Below are positions 52,781 to 64,000 of a DNA stretch of 64,000 bases, in pieces. The stretch's first letter is position 1; every line of letters starts with the position of its first letter. Origin of the DNA: Takakia lepidozioides (lineage: Eukaryota > Plantae > Bryophyta); NCBI GenBank assembly GCA_030704615.1, contig CM060732.1, forward strand, positions 21,018,001 to 21,082,000. Reading direction: 5' to 3'. Position numbers and translations under genes: made by a program. The notes under the pieces are model-generated. The model had not been told where the DNA came from. It searched no databases and saw only the letters and a list, made by a program, of their open reading frames with translations.

Positions 52781-54077
52781 CTACATATCTAAGTTTTGTG
52801 CTGGAAGTGGTTCAAGTAGTGGTGGCAAGGTGGACAAGTCTCCTCCATTTTTGAGAAGTCTTTTCCTCATAACTTGTCTACGCTGATTTTGAATACACCA
52901 TCTAGGAACAGTGCCACAGTATGGTGCATGGTACTCTGTAGGGAGAATTGGTCTTCCCTCTCTAATTGCAGCATGGAGCTTGTCTCCCACTTCTCTCACA
53001 TTTTTTGCTGACGAGAATTTGTCAAATATTTTTTTTGGCCACCTTCTCATTCGCTCTCTGTTTTTGTGCAAGTTTGCGAGCTTCATTTTCTGCTGTAGCT
53101 TTAGCCCTTCTCTGCTCTCTTTGCTTTTTTTTCTCATCTCTTTATTTGTCTGCCTGTTCTTTACGTCTAATTTTCTCGTCCAATGCCGCCACATAATCCT
53201 CGGAAGTCATCACTATAGATTTGGAGTAATCAATGATAGGTTCTCTAGTTTTTGCCCGTTTAGAGGTAAGCACTTGAGGGGGTGGCAAAAACTTGTTGAT
53301 TCCTTCTTGTTGATGCATGTCTTCATTGTGTTGTTCATCTTCATCATTGTGCTGTTCCTCCTGACTTTTTGGGTCAGCAATATCCACAAAGTAATGGCAG
53401 GCGTAACCATTTGCATTCTCATCTTCTTCTTCCCTAATGTCTTCAATATTGATGTCTGGTTCATCGTCCTCTTCACTTTGAGAGTCACCCCCACTTTCTG
53501 TTTCAGAACCCTCATCAAGGCTTGGGGTTGATGCAAATGCTCTTGAAGGTCCATAATGCTTGTCCATTGCCTTTGCATTGTATGGCCAGATTCCAACTTT
53601 TGCAAATCCTTTTGTGATGTTGTGTTTTGTAAGTACTAACCTCAAGCCTTTGCTGGCCTACTTCGCAAGATCTTCTTTTTCTGTATAGCTGTCATTTCTG
53701 CGCATTGTCACTTCATCTCGTGTTTTCCTGAATGCCTTCTTGAAGGGACCAAAACATGCCACATCAAGGGGCTGGAGCACATGGCTTGTGTGAGCAGGTA
53801 ATGTGACCATATCCAAACCCATTCTTTGTGCTTTCAAGACTGCTTCTTTTGACACCTGAGATCCATGCCCATCCAAAATCAGTAGATGTCGGTTGGTAGG
53901 TGAAATTCCTTGTGCGTGCTTCTGGAAATGGTCTAGCCAGCAAGTGAATAATGACTTGTTAATCCATGCTTTGTCTTGCATTGCCATAAGAGACCCTGGC
54001 TCACATTTTGCAATGTAATTCTTCCTTTTCTGTTTGCCTGTGAAGATATAAAAGTTCGGTATGGAGAGACCTGCTGC
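52781..54077 (-). pseudogene. pogo/Fot1-type DDE_1 transposase, C-terminal part
   Basis: LLILDGHGS...LPAHTSHVLQPLDVACFGPFK...GIWP; joins 63510-64000 after CACTA removal (VCVNA|AGLSIPNFYIF). Confidence 0.9.
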
Positions 54078-55261
54078 CACTAGAAGAAAAACGTGGAATA
54101 ACCACAAGCCCTTTAACCACTACTGTCTTTTTCCACTCTTGAAATGCCACGGTGGCATCACAGACAATGGTTGGAAGTGGTTTCAACCACTCAGTAGTCC
54201 ACGTGTAATAATTTGATTTTATTTATTATTATTTATTTGCTAATATATTTTAATTAATAAATATAATATTCTACGTGGACGAGTGCAGTGGTACATTGTG
54301 AGTGGTTATAGACACCTCAGTGATGGGAAGTGGTTGAAACCACTTGCTACTCCACGTGTAATAATTCAAATTTTATTTGTGATTTATTATTTGGAAATAT
54401 ATTTTAATTCATAAATATAATATTCCACGTGGACGGGGACAGTGCACGTTGATCTTGAGTGGTTAAAGACACCTCATTGATTTGTACCACTTTGACAGTG
54501 GTGGAGAGTGGGTGGTAAAAGATACTGCAGTAATTGGAACTACTATGCTAGTGGTTGCTCATGAGTAGTTGCCTACACAACAGTGATTGATACCACTTTT
54601 TGGGTGATACATGAAAAACTTTAAGTGGTTTGTGCAGCTGTGACAGACTTTGAAAAACAGACAAGTGGCCAGACCATTGTGGGATGATGCTATTGAACAA
54701 ATGGTTCCAACAATAAACTTTATTCTGAATCTGAAACATATTCGTCACCCTCTGAATCATTTTGCTCAACTGGAATAGCGGTTGGTTGCACAAATGTCGC
54801 TTGAATGGTAGCCAACATAGCCAGGTCTTCTTTATTTAGAGCTGTGGGACCATCTAATGACCTAGGTATTGGCTGATCTGATAAGGTAGACGTCGATTGG
54901 CACGCCACTCATCACCACATGTCTCTCTGTCTGCTGTGAAATGTGCCTTCTTTGTTGCATACTTTTTGTCACAAAATGGCAACAAGAATGACACATGTTA
55001 GCAATGAAGTATTGCATTACTTAGCAAAAAATACCTAGCATGAATGATACTTTGAAAACCACTGGAGGAGTGAGCAGAATGACTTGTAAATAAACATGTT
55101 CTTCCAACAAGTCACTCACTCAGACATTTCGTTACTACAGCATTGGTTATAGTCAGGATGAACCACTGACATTTGTGACTTTGTGGGTGGTTTGATTACA
55201 CTGGTGACAGTCAGAATTGAAATTGAACTTGATATGAATAAGGTGCAATGAAAAGAAGTAC

Positions 55262-55590
55262 TCACCGCGCCCAAGGAGCTATGACATTGGTATTGTTCAG
55301 CACATACAACATTTGTGCTGCATCTCTCCCAGCTCCAGTCATGTCCCGCTTTTTGCCGACACCTTCGAAGACCTCGTCCTCAACCCCTTCCTCCATATTT
55401 GCATCCCAAGTCCGCTGTTGAGTTGCATCAAATGATTGCATATACTCAGTCATGAACCCCATGGCCTCATCCAGAACATACCCTATAGCCGTACTCCCTT
55501 CTGGCTTTGCGTAATTCCTAACATATCCCTTAAGATCTTTCATGTAACGCTCCATGGGATACATCCACCGTGAAGACACCGGATAACAGT
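55262..55590 (-). pseudogene. CACTA TnpD fragment (DUF4218-like)
   Basis: PVSSRWMYPMERYMKDLKGYVRNYAKPEGS. Confidence 0.85.
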
Positions 55591-55689
55591 TTTGTTTATC
55601 TCCATGGAATAGATCTATGTGCTCACTTGTAACCACTAAAATGAATTAAAAAAAAAAAATCAAAGTGCAAAAGATTTTAAAAAAACACA

Positions 55690-55890
55690 TCGGCTGGTAA
55701 GTGCAGAGTGTGTCGCCCTGGTGGTTTAGGGTTCAAACCCGCTGCATGAGTCCATGTGTGGGATTGTTTGTGACGACGGTATGTCTGGGCGTTGATCCTC
55801 CTGTAGGTCTCATAGCCCATAAATGAAAGGGGGTTAATTTTTCCCCCTCCTCAAGGGCCTGAGGTTTCCTTTAAAATTTATTTAAAAAAA
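55690..55890 (+). mobile_element. SINE-like element related to 35348-35570
   Basis: taagtgca..gtgtgtc..gggttcaaaccc head; shared aaaggggg.ttaatttttcccc...tcaaggg...gtttcctttaaa tail; poly-A. Confidence 0.55.
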
Positions 55891-56419
55891 AACCAAAAAA
55901 AAAAGTTGCTTATAGGGTTTGTGAAAAGGTTAAAAAACCTAAAAAGTTGCCCATCACGTATGTACAATATATACATATTTTTGGGGGGAAATTTCAAGTG
56001 TGTGCATATAGCGTACTGGTAAGGGCTCTTCCTGCGTGTCGCGGGGTCGCGGGTTCAAACTCCTCATGTTGGTTTTTTCCCCCTCATGCACTAAGCCCCA
56101 CTAAGCCCCACGAAGCCCTATCGTTGCTGTGCACACTAAGTCGTCGTGCAGGTTAGTCTTAGCAGGTCGCGTTCAATCTCTGCTCGCTCAACTGCACCGT
56201 GGTGGTTCTCATGGACAATCCGACATTACCTGACTACAGACACAAGCAGCACACACAAGATGTCCGTCCGTTTGGGTTCATGGTCTGTCAGATCCTCCAT
56301 GGGTCATGACACAAGGTCGACGACAATGTGGTTAGGGCACCTTCTTCTTCGACCTATTTCAGCCTGTTTTGCCCTCCCATCAGACTCAGCCCTGAATTTG
56401 CAGCACGGAGCAAAGCTCG

Positions 56420-56469
56420 CATGAGTTTTTTACGATCCTTCATGATGGTGGGACAATCGCAATCGCAAG
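56420..56469 (+). pseudogene. OSB/PDF-motif-like exon fragment
   Basis: EFF.DPS*WWDNRNRK followed by a GT donor. Confidence 0.55.
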
Positions 56470-59400
56470 GTGTGGCTTTTTCTTAATGTAGGATGTGAAG
56501 AAGTTTGTCCATCCTGCAAATGTGGGCTTTTGGCTCCTATTAGTACCATGATTTGGTATTCTTCATGATGTTTACAAGGTTCCTGGGAGAGTTAGCTTGG
56601 TCTTAGCAGGTCGTGTTTCAATCTCTGCTCGCTTAGCTGCACCATGGTGGTTCTCATGGACCAATGCGATGTTTTTTTTTCCCCTCAAGCACTAAGCCCC
56701 ACTAAGCCCTATCGCTGCTGCGCACTTAAGTCCTCGCTAATGTTTACAAGGTTCTTGGGAGAGTCAGCTTGGTCCAGGGTATGCACGGCAAGGACATGGG
56801 ATGGAGGCTTTGGAGAGCTATGAGCAAATGATGGGGGAAGCACGTCGTGTTTGTGTGCATTTGCAATGCTTGTGCAAGCCTGGCAGCCCTGGAGAAGGGC
56901 AAGAGATGCATGGGGATATCATCAAAGCTGGAATTGTGCCAAATGTCAATCTAAACACTGCCCTGGCAGCTTTGGACAAGGGGAAAGAGGTCCATGGCGT
57001 CATCTTCAGAGCTGGAATTGTATCAAATGTCATTCTGAACAATACCCTGGTGAACATGTTTGCAAAATGTGGGTGCATCTAGGATGCAAAGGGAGTGTTT
57101 GAACGAGATGTGGTGTCATGGAGTGCGATGCTTGCAGGGTATGCACGACAGGGACGTGGGATGGAGGCTTTGGAGAGCTATGAGCAGATGATGGGGCAAG
57201 CACATCATGTTTGTGTGCATTTGCAATGTGCGTGCAAGCCTGGCAGCCCTGGAGAAGGGCAAGAGGTGCATAGGGATATCATCAAAGCTGGAATTGTGCC
57301 AAATGTCAATCGAACACTGCCCTGGCAGCTTTGGAAATGGGGAAAGAGGTGCATGGTGACATCTTCAGAGCTGGAATTGTACCAGATGACAATCTGAACA
57401 ATACCCTGGTGGACATGTTTGCAAAATGTGGGTGCATCTAGGATGCAAAGGGAGTGTTCGACACTATGGCTGAACGACATGATGAGGGAAGCACATCATG
57501 TTTGTGTGCATTTGCAATGCTTGTGCAAGCCTGGCAGCCGGCCTGGAGAAGGGCAAAGAGGTGCATGGGGATATCATCAAAGCTGGAATTGTACCAAATG
57601 TGAATCTAAACACTGCCCTGGAGCTCTGGAAAAGGGGAAAGAGGTCCATGACGACATCTTCAGAGCTGGAATTGTACCAAATGTTTTCTGAACCATACCC
57701 TGGTGGACATGTATGCGAAATGTGGGTGCATCAAGCCTGGACGAGGGCAAAGAGGTGCATGGGGTATCATCAAAGCTGGAATTGTACCAAATGTCATTAT
57801 GAACACTGCCCTGGCAGCTCTGGAAAAAGGGGAAAGAGGTCCATGGCGACATCTTCAGAGCTGGAATTGTACCAAATGTCATTCTGAACCATACCCTGGT
57901 GGACATTTATGCAAAATGTGGGTGCATCAAGCCTGGACAAGGGCAAAGCGGTGCATGGGATATCATCAAAGCTGGAATTGTACCAAATGTCATTATGAAC
58001 ACTACCCTGGCAGCTCTGGAAAAAGGGGAAAGAGGTCCATGGCGACATCTTCAGAGCTGGAATTGTACCAAATGTCATTCTGAACCATACCCTGGTGGAC
58101 ATGTTTGCAAAATATGGGTACAAATAGATCTAGGATCTAGGATGCAAAGGGAGTGTTCGACACTATGGCTGAACAAGATGTGGTGTCGTGGAGTGCGATG
58201 CTGGTCCAGGGTATGCACGGCAAGGACGTGGGATGGAGGCTTTGGAGACCTATGAGCAAAGGATGGGGAAGCTCATCATGTTTGTGTGCATTTGCAATGC
58301 TTGTGCAAGCCTGATGAGTGTCGGAAACGCCCAACCCCGTGGGAGGGCGAATAAACCTTCTGTTAGCAAGGGAGTGGGCCGTGGAGGAGCCACACGAGCC
58401 CCAGTTTTTGCTTTACGTAAGACAAGTGAAGGAAAAAGGCGATGGGGAGCCGAGCCCAGATTGGATCAAGGGGATTTTGGAGAAATAGGAGGATGTGATG
58501 CCAGAGGATTTACCAAGCGGCTAGCCACCGCGAAGAGGAGTTGACCACAAAATTGAGGTGATACCGGGATCGGAGCCGCCTGCCAAGGCACCCTACCGGT
58601 TGAGCCACAGAGAGTTGGTCGAGACCGGCCTGGAGAAGGGCAAGAGGTGCATGGGGATATCATCAAAGCTGGAATTGTGCCAAATGTCAATCTGAACACT
58701 GCCCTGGTAGCTTAGGGGAAAGAGGTGCATGGCGACATCTTCAGAGTTATTATTGTACCAGATGTCATTCTGAACAAAACCCTGGTGAACATGTTTGCAA
58801 AATGTGGGTGCATCTAGGATGCAAAGGGAGTGTTCGACACTATGGCTGAACGAGATGTGGTGTCGTGGAGTGCGATGCTGGTCCAGGGTATGCACAGCAG
58901 GGACGTGGGATGGAGGCTTTGGAGACCTATGAGCAAAGGATGGGGAAGCTCATCATGTTTGTGTGCATTTGCAATGCTTGTGCAAGCCTGACAGTTGGCC
59001 TGGAGAAGGGCAAGAGGTGCATGGGGGAATTGTGCCAAATGTCAATCTGAACAGTGCCCTGGCAGCTTAGGGGAAAGAGGTGCATGGCGACATCTTCAGA
59101 GTTATTATTGTACCAGATGTCATTATGAACAAAACCCTGGTGAACATGTTTGCAAAATGTGGGTGCATCTAGGATGCAAAGAGAGTGTTCGACACTATGG
59201 CTGAACGAGATGTGGTGTCGTGGAGTGCGATGCTTGCATGGTATGCACGGCAGGGACGTGGGATGGAGGCTTTGGAGAGCTATGAGCAAATGATGGGGGA
59301 AGCACATCATGTTTGTGTGCATTTGCAATGCTTGTGCAAGCCTGGCAGCCAGCCGAGAAGGGCAAGAGGTGCATGGGGATATCATCAAAGCTGGAATTGT

Positions 59401-59684
59401 GCCAAATGTCAATCTGAACACTGCCCTGGCAGCTTAGGGGAAAGAGGTCCATGGCGACATCTTCAGAGTTGGAATTGTACCAGATGTCATCCTGAACAAA
59501 ACCCTGGTGAACATGTTTGCAAAATGTGGGTGCATCTAGGATGCAAAGGGAGTGTTCGACATTATGGCTGAACGAGATGTGGTGTCGTGGAGTGCGATGC
59601 TTGCATGGTATGCACGGCAGGGACGTGGGATGGAGGCTTTGGAGAGCTATGAGCAAATGATGGGGGAAGGGGGGGCACCTTCTT

Positions 59685-59924
59685 CAATAGCACAATGGCT
59701 ACGAGTGGGTAGATGGTCAACTGGAAACAACAATGGCAACAACGCAATTGATAGAACAAGGCCCACTGCTAATGAAGGTACCTTCTTCAACATATTTCAC
59801 CCTGAATTCCCCTGCTATCAGAGTCGTCCCTAAGTATCCAAAAACAGGTAACAAATATGAGAAGAAGCTATGGGATGAATTCTTTTCTGACCCTAGTAAC
59901 TGGTGGGACAACCGAGGCAAAAAG
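59685..59924 (+). pseudogene. OSB/PDF-motif-like exon
   Basis: EWVDGQL...KKLWDEFFSDPSNWWDNRGKK followed by a GT donor. Confidence 0.7.
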
Positions 59925-59994
59925 GTGAATGCCTGTCAGATTATAGAGTGTAGTAGATTCAATTGACCATAGGAACTAGTGTGATAAGTTGAGT

Positions 59995-60260
59995 TGGGTG
60001 CAATTGCACTCTCCCTTTCCTCTCTGCTTCTGTTTGCTATTCAAAGGTAGGATTCCTGCCCTTAGTTTAAATTTCAGTCTGGTGCCGAGAGTGGGTAGAC
60101 CCTTGAGGTCATCCATGATGTCCTCCCCCATGTCACAGACTGGAAACAAGTCCAGGGAAGTTTTCTGCCTAACTTCATTTTCATCAGACAATTTTCTGGA
60201 AACGGACATGGCTTTGGACACTACAGCCTCTAAGTCAGTAGGGTTGGGGCATTTGCTGGA
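59995..60260 (-). mobile_element. LINE fragment, same family as 45573-46250
   Basis: Near-identical to 45958-46128 over the shared part. Confidence 0.75.
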
Positions 60261-60899
60261 ACAATTCTAAAAGGAGAATGTTTGTCAGATTACCAGATGT
60301 CATTCTGAACACTGCCCCTGCCCTGGTGGACATGTATGCCAAATGTGGGTGCATCAAGGATGCCAAAGGAGTGTTCAGCACTATGGCTGAACGAGATGTG
60401 GTGTCGTGGAGTGCGATGCTTGCGGGGTATGCACAACAGGGGCGCAGGATGGAGGCTCCAACCTATGAGCAAATGATGGGGGAAGGGGTGAACTAGCCCG
60501 CCGACATAAGGTTTGTGTGTGTTTGCAATGTGTCTGGCAGCCCTAGAAAAGGGCAAAGAGATCCCTGGTGACATGATCAAATCTGCAATTGTTCCAGATG
60601 TCATCCTGAACACTGCTCTGGTGGCCATGTATGCCAAATATGGTAGCATTGAGGATGCCAAGGGAGTGTTCAACACTATGGCTGAATGAGATGTGGTGTT
60701 GTGGAATGTGATGTTTGCAGGGTGTGCAGAGCAGGGGCGCTATATGGGGCTTTGGAGACCTGAAAGCAAATGATGGGGGAAGGGGTGAAGTTCGACCACA
60801 TCATGTTTGTGTGCGTTTGCAGTGCGTGTGCAAGCATGGCAGCCCTGGAAAAGGGCATCGGAGGTGCATGGTTGCATCACCAAAGCTGGAAATGTACCA

Positions 60900-61300
60900 G
60901 ATGGATCAATAGCTACAAGAAACCTGCATGGGTAGATGGTGACTGGTCAACTAGAAGCCGCAGCAGCAGCGGCACATGCAAATGAATGTGCCTACTGATT
61001 AAGATAACCCTAGGTATATACCTGCTTATACTAGGTAGATAAACTCAGGCACTGGTAATGAAAGCACCTTCTTCAACACATTTCACCCTGTTTTTCCCTC
61101 TTATCAGAATCGGCCCTAAATTTTCATGTTGAATTCTGCAAGTTAGCTGGTTGAGTGAGCCTTTGATAGTTTGGAGCGACTTTGACATGGTACTGCCAAT
61201 GTGACAACAGAGAAGTATCCAAAAACAGGTAACAGCTGAGACGAGGAGAAGCTGTGGAATGAATACTTTTCTGACCCCAGTCAATGGTGGGACAACCGAG
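60900..61300 (+). pseudogene. OSB/PDF-motif-like exon, another degenerate copy
   Basis: WINSYKKPAWVDG...KLWNEYFSDPSQWWDNR followed by a GT donor. Confidence 0.65.
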
Positions 61301-62199
61301 GTAAGAACTTCATGAACTTAAGGCAAGAGTGGCTGATTGTTTCATTTCGAACCTGATATGCTTTGAGCCTGGTTCCGGAGATTTATCTCCAGACCTGCAA
61401 TCTGCTTTTGTGATGAGTTTACAATCTGCATATATAGTGGTAAATGTTATATATCAAACCAAGGTTCTTTCCTAAATGTGAATGACCTGGAAACCTTGTT
61501 AGAAAGATGAATGGCTTACGAATTGGACTATGTATGGCTTGACCCATGGATTAAATTTCAAAGGGTTAGAACATGTGTTAGGGTTTTAATACTGAATGGA
61601 TGTAGGACATTGCTAGGGCGCCAGAGCATGACATTCCATGCATTCACGCCATTGGATGCCAAACTTTTTTTGGCACGTTGGACCAAGGTTTGTATGCATT
61701 CACGAACTGCCGACCTTGCTCGTTGCCCGGTTGACCTTATTTTCCATAATTGCTAACTTTGTGGGGTGGAGGGGCTTGTGTTAGGCTGCAACTGGAGGCA
61801 CCTCTCCATGCAGCAGTTTTCGTACTAGAGGTGAGCATGCATGCACCTGTTGGCTATCAGTTCTATACAATGTGGCCATGTACATGTTGGGTACTTCAAA
61901 CTATTAGTAGATGCATTGCTAAATGTAACTGCTAAGGGGTGTTGGGCGTGATGTTTGCAAGCTGAGAAAGCCATTCTTGATATTGCCACTGACAGTGCAC
62001 CAACTACGGCGCCTTCAAAGGCAACCCCCAAATATCAACCCCCTGCCACTGTGGCAGATATTCTTATGCTACCAAAAGTACTCTGCACTTTGAGTGATTG
62101 CTTATACTGGACGGTCCTCATTATCTAGTTTTCAACGTACATGTAAGTCTTCATAGGTTGATTAATGTGTGTTTTATGGTGGGTGCTGTGTGTATTTTA

Positions 62200-62486
62200 A
62201 GTTGAAGGACAAAATCAGCATGTATGATCCTCATTTACCACGACACAGGGCTGCTAGTGGAATTGTCACTGGTGTGCCTGGCAAAGACACATATCACTGT
62301 TGTGTTATACCTGAAGGATTGTGGCGGGTTGAGGTGAATGATATCTATATTGCCAATTGTGTCTTGCCTCATCCTAACGAGGAAGAGGTCCCACCGCAAA
62401 CAATGTTGGAGGATGTCGTCGGTCTGAATTGTCTTTGGCTAGAGAAGAACATGAAGAGGGTTTATATTTCGTTCGCCCGGGCATAG
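62200..62486 (+). pseudogene. CACTA ORF2/TnpA-like C-terminal domain fragment
   Basis: ASGIVTG..G.DTYH...IPEGLWRVEV......LPHPN...PQTMLEDVVG..CLW, typical of En/Spm accessory proteins. Confidence 0.65.
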
Positions 62487-63509
62487 ACATTGCTGGCAGT
62501 GAGAAGAAGGCAGGAAAGCAGTTCAGTGTTCCTAGCATGCATGTGGAGACGCCGTGTAGAAGTTAGGCTCAGACTTTTATCATGGCTGGATTTTGTTGAC
62601 AGTGTTCCAACACTTAACTCTCTGGGATTCTAGTCTATTTTGTGGAGCTTGAATCCCCAATGGTACTTCTTTCACTACACTAGTGGTATGTGTTCCTCTA
62701 GTCATGTTCATAGTTACTTGCACATCACTGTAATAGTGGTATAATTTAAAACTGTGGGAGTAGCCGAATGCACACAATTGCCTACATTACCACTCGTATA
62801 GTGGTATAAGTAGTCACATATATATTACTGTACTAGTGGTATGAATTCCTCCAGTGGTATTCCTAATCACTTACACACCACTCTGTTAGTAATCACTACA
62901 ATCCATAGTTCCCACTCAGAGAGACACCATGAATGATTCAAATAGCTTACACACCACTCTGTGGGTAATCATTCCAATGACCTGCTGAGAGACGTCATCC
63001 ACTCACATAACCACTTTGTGAGTGATATTGTATATTCTCCGTTTTCATAGAATGACTCTATGAGTCATTTTGTGATCACTCAACAAGTGGTTTCGGAAGT
63101 CATTGAATTTCACTCCATCCATTTCGTAGCACTGACACACGACACGTGTCCATGCTGAGTGTTGCCACGTGTTGACATAATCTCCAATATCATCCACAGA
63201 CCACCGGTTTACACGTCTCCACTACAAAACGGAAGTGGTTACTTTACCACTATGACACGTCAGTTTACCACTGTGATACGTCATAAGTGGTTGGTTTACC
63301 TTAGTGACATGTCAGCTAACAGGTCGACCCGGACGTGAGTGGTTCGAACCACTGTCTTTAACCACCGGTGCCACGTAATGTCTTTTACCACTCATTTGTC
63401 CTAATGCACTGGTTCTTCATCACTCTGAGGCCAAAGTGGTTTAGTGTCTTTTACCACTCAAAATGGGTGGTTAACAGAGTGGTTATTCAGCGTTTTTCTT
63501 CTAGTGTGC

Positions 63510-64000
63510 GTTTACGCATACAAGTACAGACATCCATTCTCTACTTTGAGGTATGATACCATACACATAATGTGTGCCCTTCTTTGCCAATACCTTTGCT
63601 CCATTTGTGCGACCAGCTTGCACTCCCGTTTCATCACAATTCCAGATTTGTGATGGGGGATACTTATGGAGATCATACATGCCTTGTAGGTTGGCATAGA
63701 AAGATTGACAATTTTCAACATTTACAGCTTTTGCTCTATTTACCTCCAAACCTTGAGCATAGCGCAAAGATATATCAGGATGACATCGCTTGAACCATCT
63801 CCACCACGAGTTCCCAGGTATACCCTCAACAAATGGTGTTGTGCGCTCTTGTGTGATTTCAGCAACTTTCAATTTCAGATGTCCGACATTGATGCCATGT
63901 CCCAATTCTTGCATATCGAAAATCCATTTGACAATGATATCCTCCTCATCTTTGGATAGCACTGTTGGACCTCCTTGCTTGCGACCATGCACGCTTGGAA
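63510..64000 (-). pseudogene. pogo/Fot1-type transposase, N-terminal part (CENP-B-like HTH plus first catalytic Asp)
   Basis: LSKDEEDIIVKWI...PGNSWWRWFKRCHP...IWNCDETG...EWMSVLVCVNA; continues beyond the window. Confidence 0.9.

Larger units (their letters stand above)
56777..60880 (+). pseudogene. Tandemly amplified, degenerate PLS-class PPR repeats
   Basis: Repeated RDVVSWSAMLAGYARQGRGMEAL / MFVCICNACASL..LEKGKEVHGDII / LVDMYAKCGCIKDAKGVF, with recurring stops and frameshifts. Confidence 0.92.
54078..63506. mobile_element. Non-autonomous CACTA (En/Spm) element carrying gene fragments
   Basis: TIRs CACTAGAAGAAAAACG..GAATAACCAC at both ends, 3-bp TSD TGC, subterminal accact/agtggt repeats. 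Confidence 0.95.

Noticed and set aside
56777-60900. Functional PPR-DYW editing factor
   Set aside because: Pervasive stops and frameshifts; no E/DYW domain seen.

Overview
Eukaryotic, transposon-rich window, most consistent with a non-seed land plant (inferred from spliceosomal introns, a BK-channel fragment, PLS-PPR repeats and a Tcn1/Tf1-like chromovirus). The only plausibly functional host gene is TFIIH p52/TFB2 (39287-45539), which carries a tandemly duplicated exon. The rest is nested or decayed material. (1) A rearranged Mutator-like DNA element (about 1607-22137) pairs a GCM-like/DDE/SWIM transposase, split into two oppositely oriented halves, with an intron-containing ParB/Srx-fold gene. 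That gene's first intron holds 16 copies of a ~116-bp unit built around a 36-bp palindrome. (2) A 13.3-kb Ty3/gypsy element (TSD TGGAC) is inserted in that transposase and carries a large 3' extra ORF. (3) A 6.4-kb chromovirus (TSD GTTTT) has a self-priming PBS and an internal inversion. (4) BK-channel and starch synthase VI-like pseudogene fragments, the latter duplicated 34.35 kb away. (5) LINE, SINE, hAT-MITE and Harbinger relics. (6) A pogo-type transposase interrupted by a 9.4-kb CACTA element (TSD TGC) carrying amplified PPR and OSB-like gene fragments. All family assignments come from motif recognition by eye; no database search was run.
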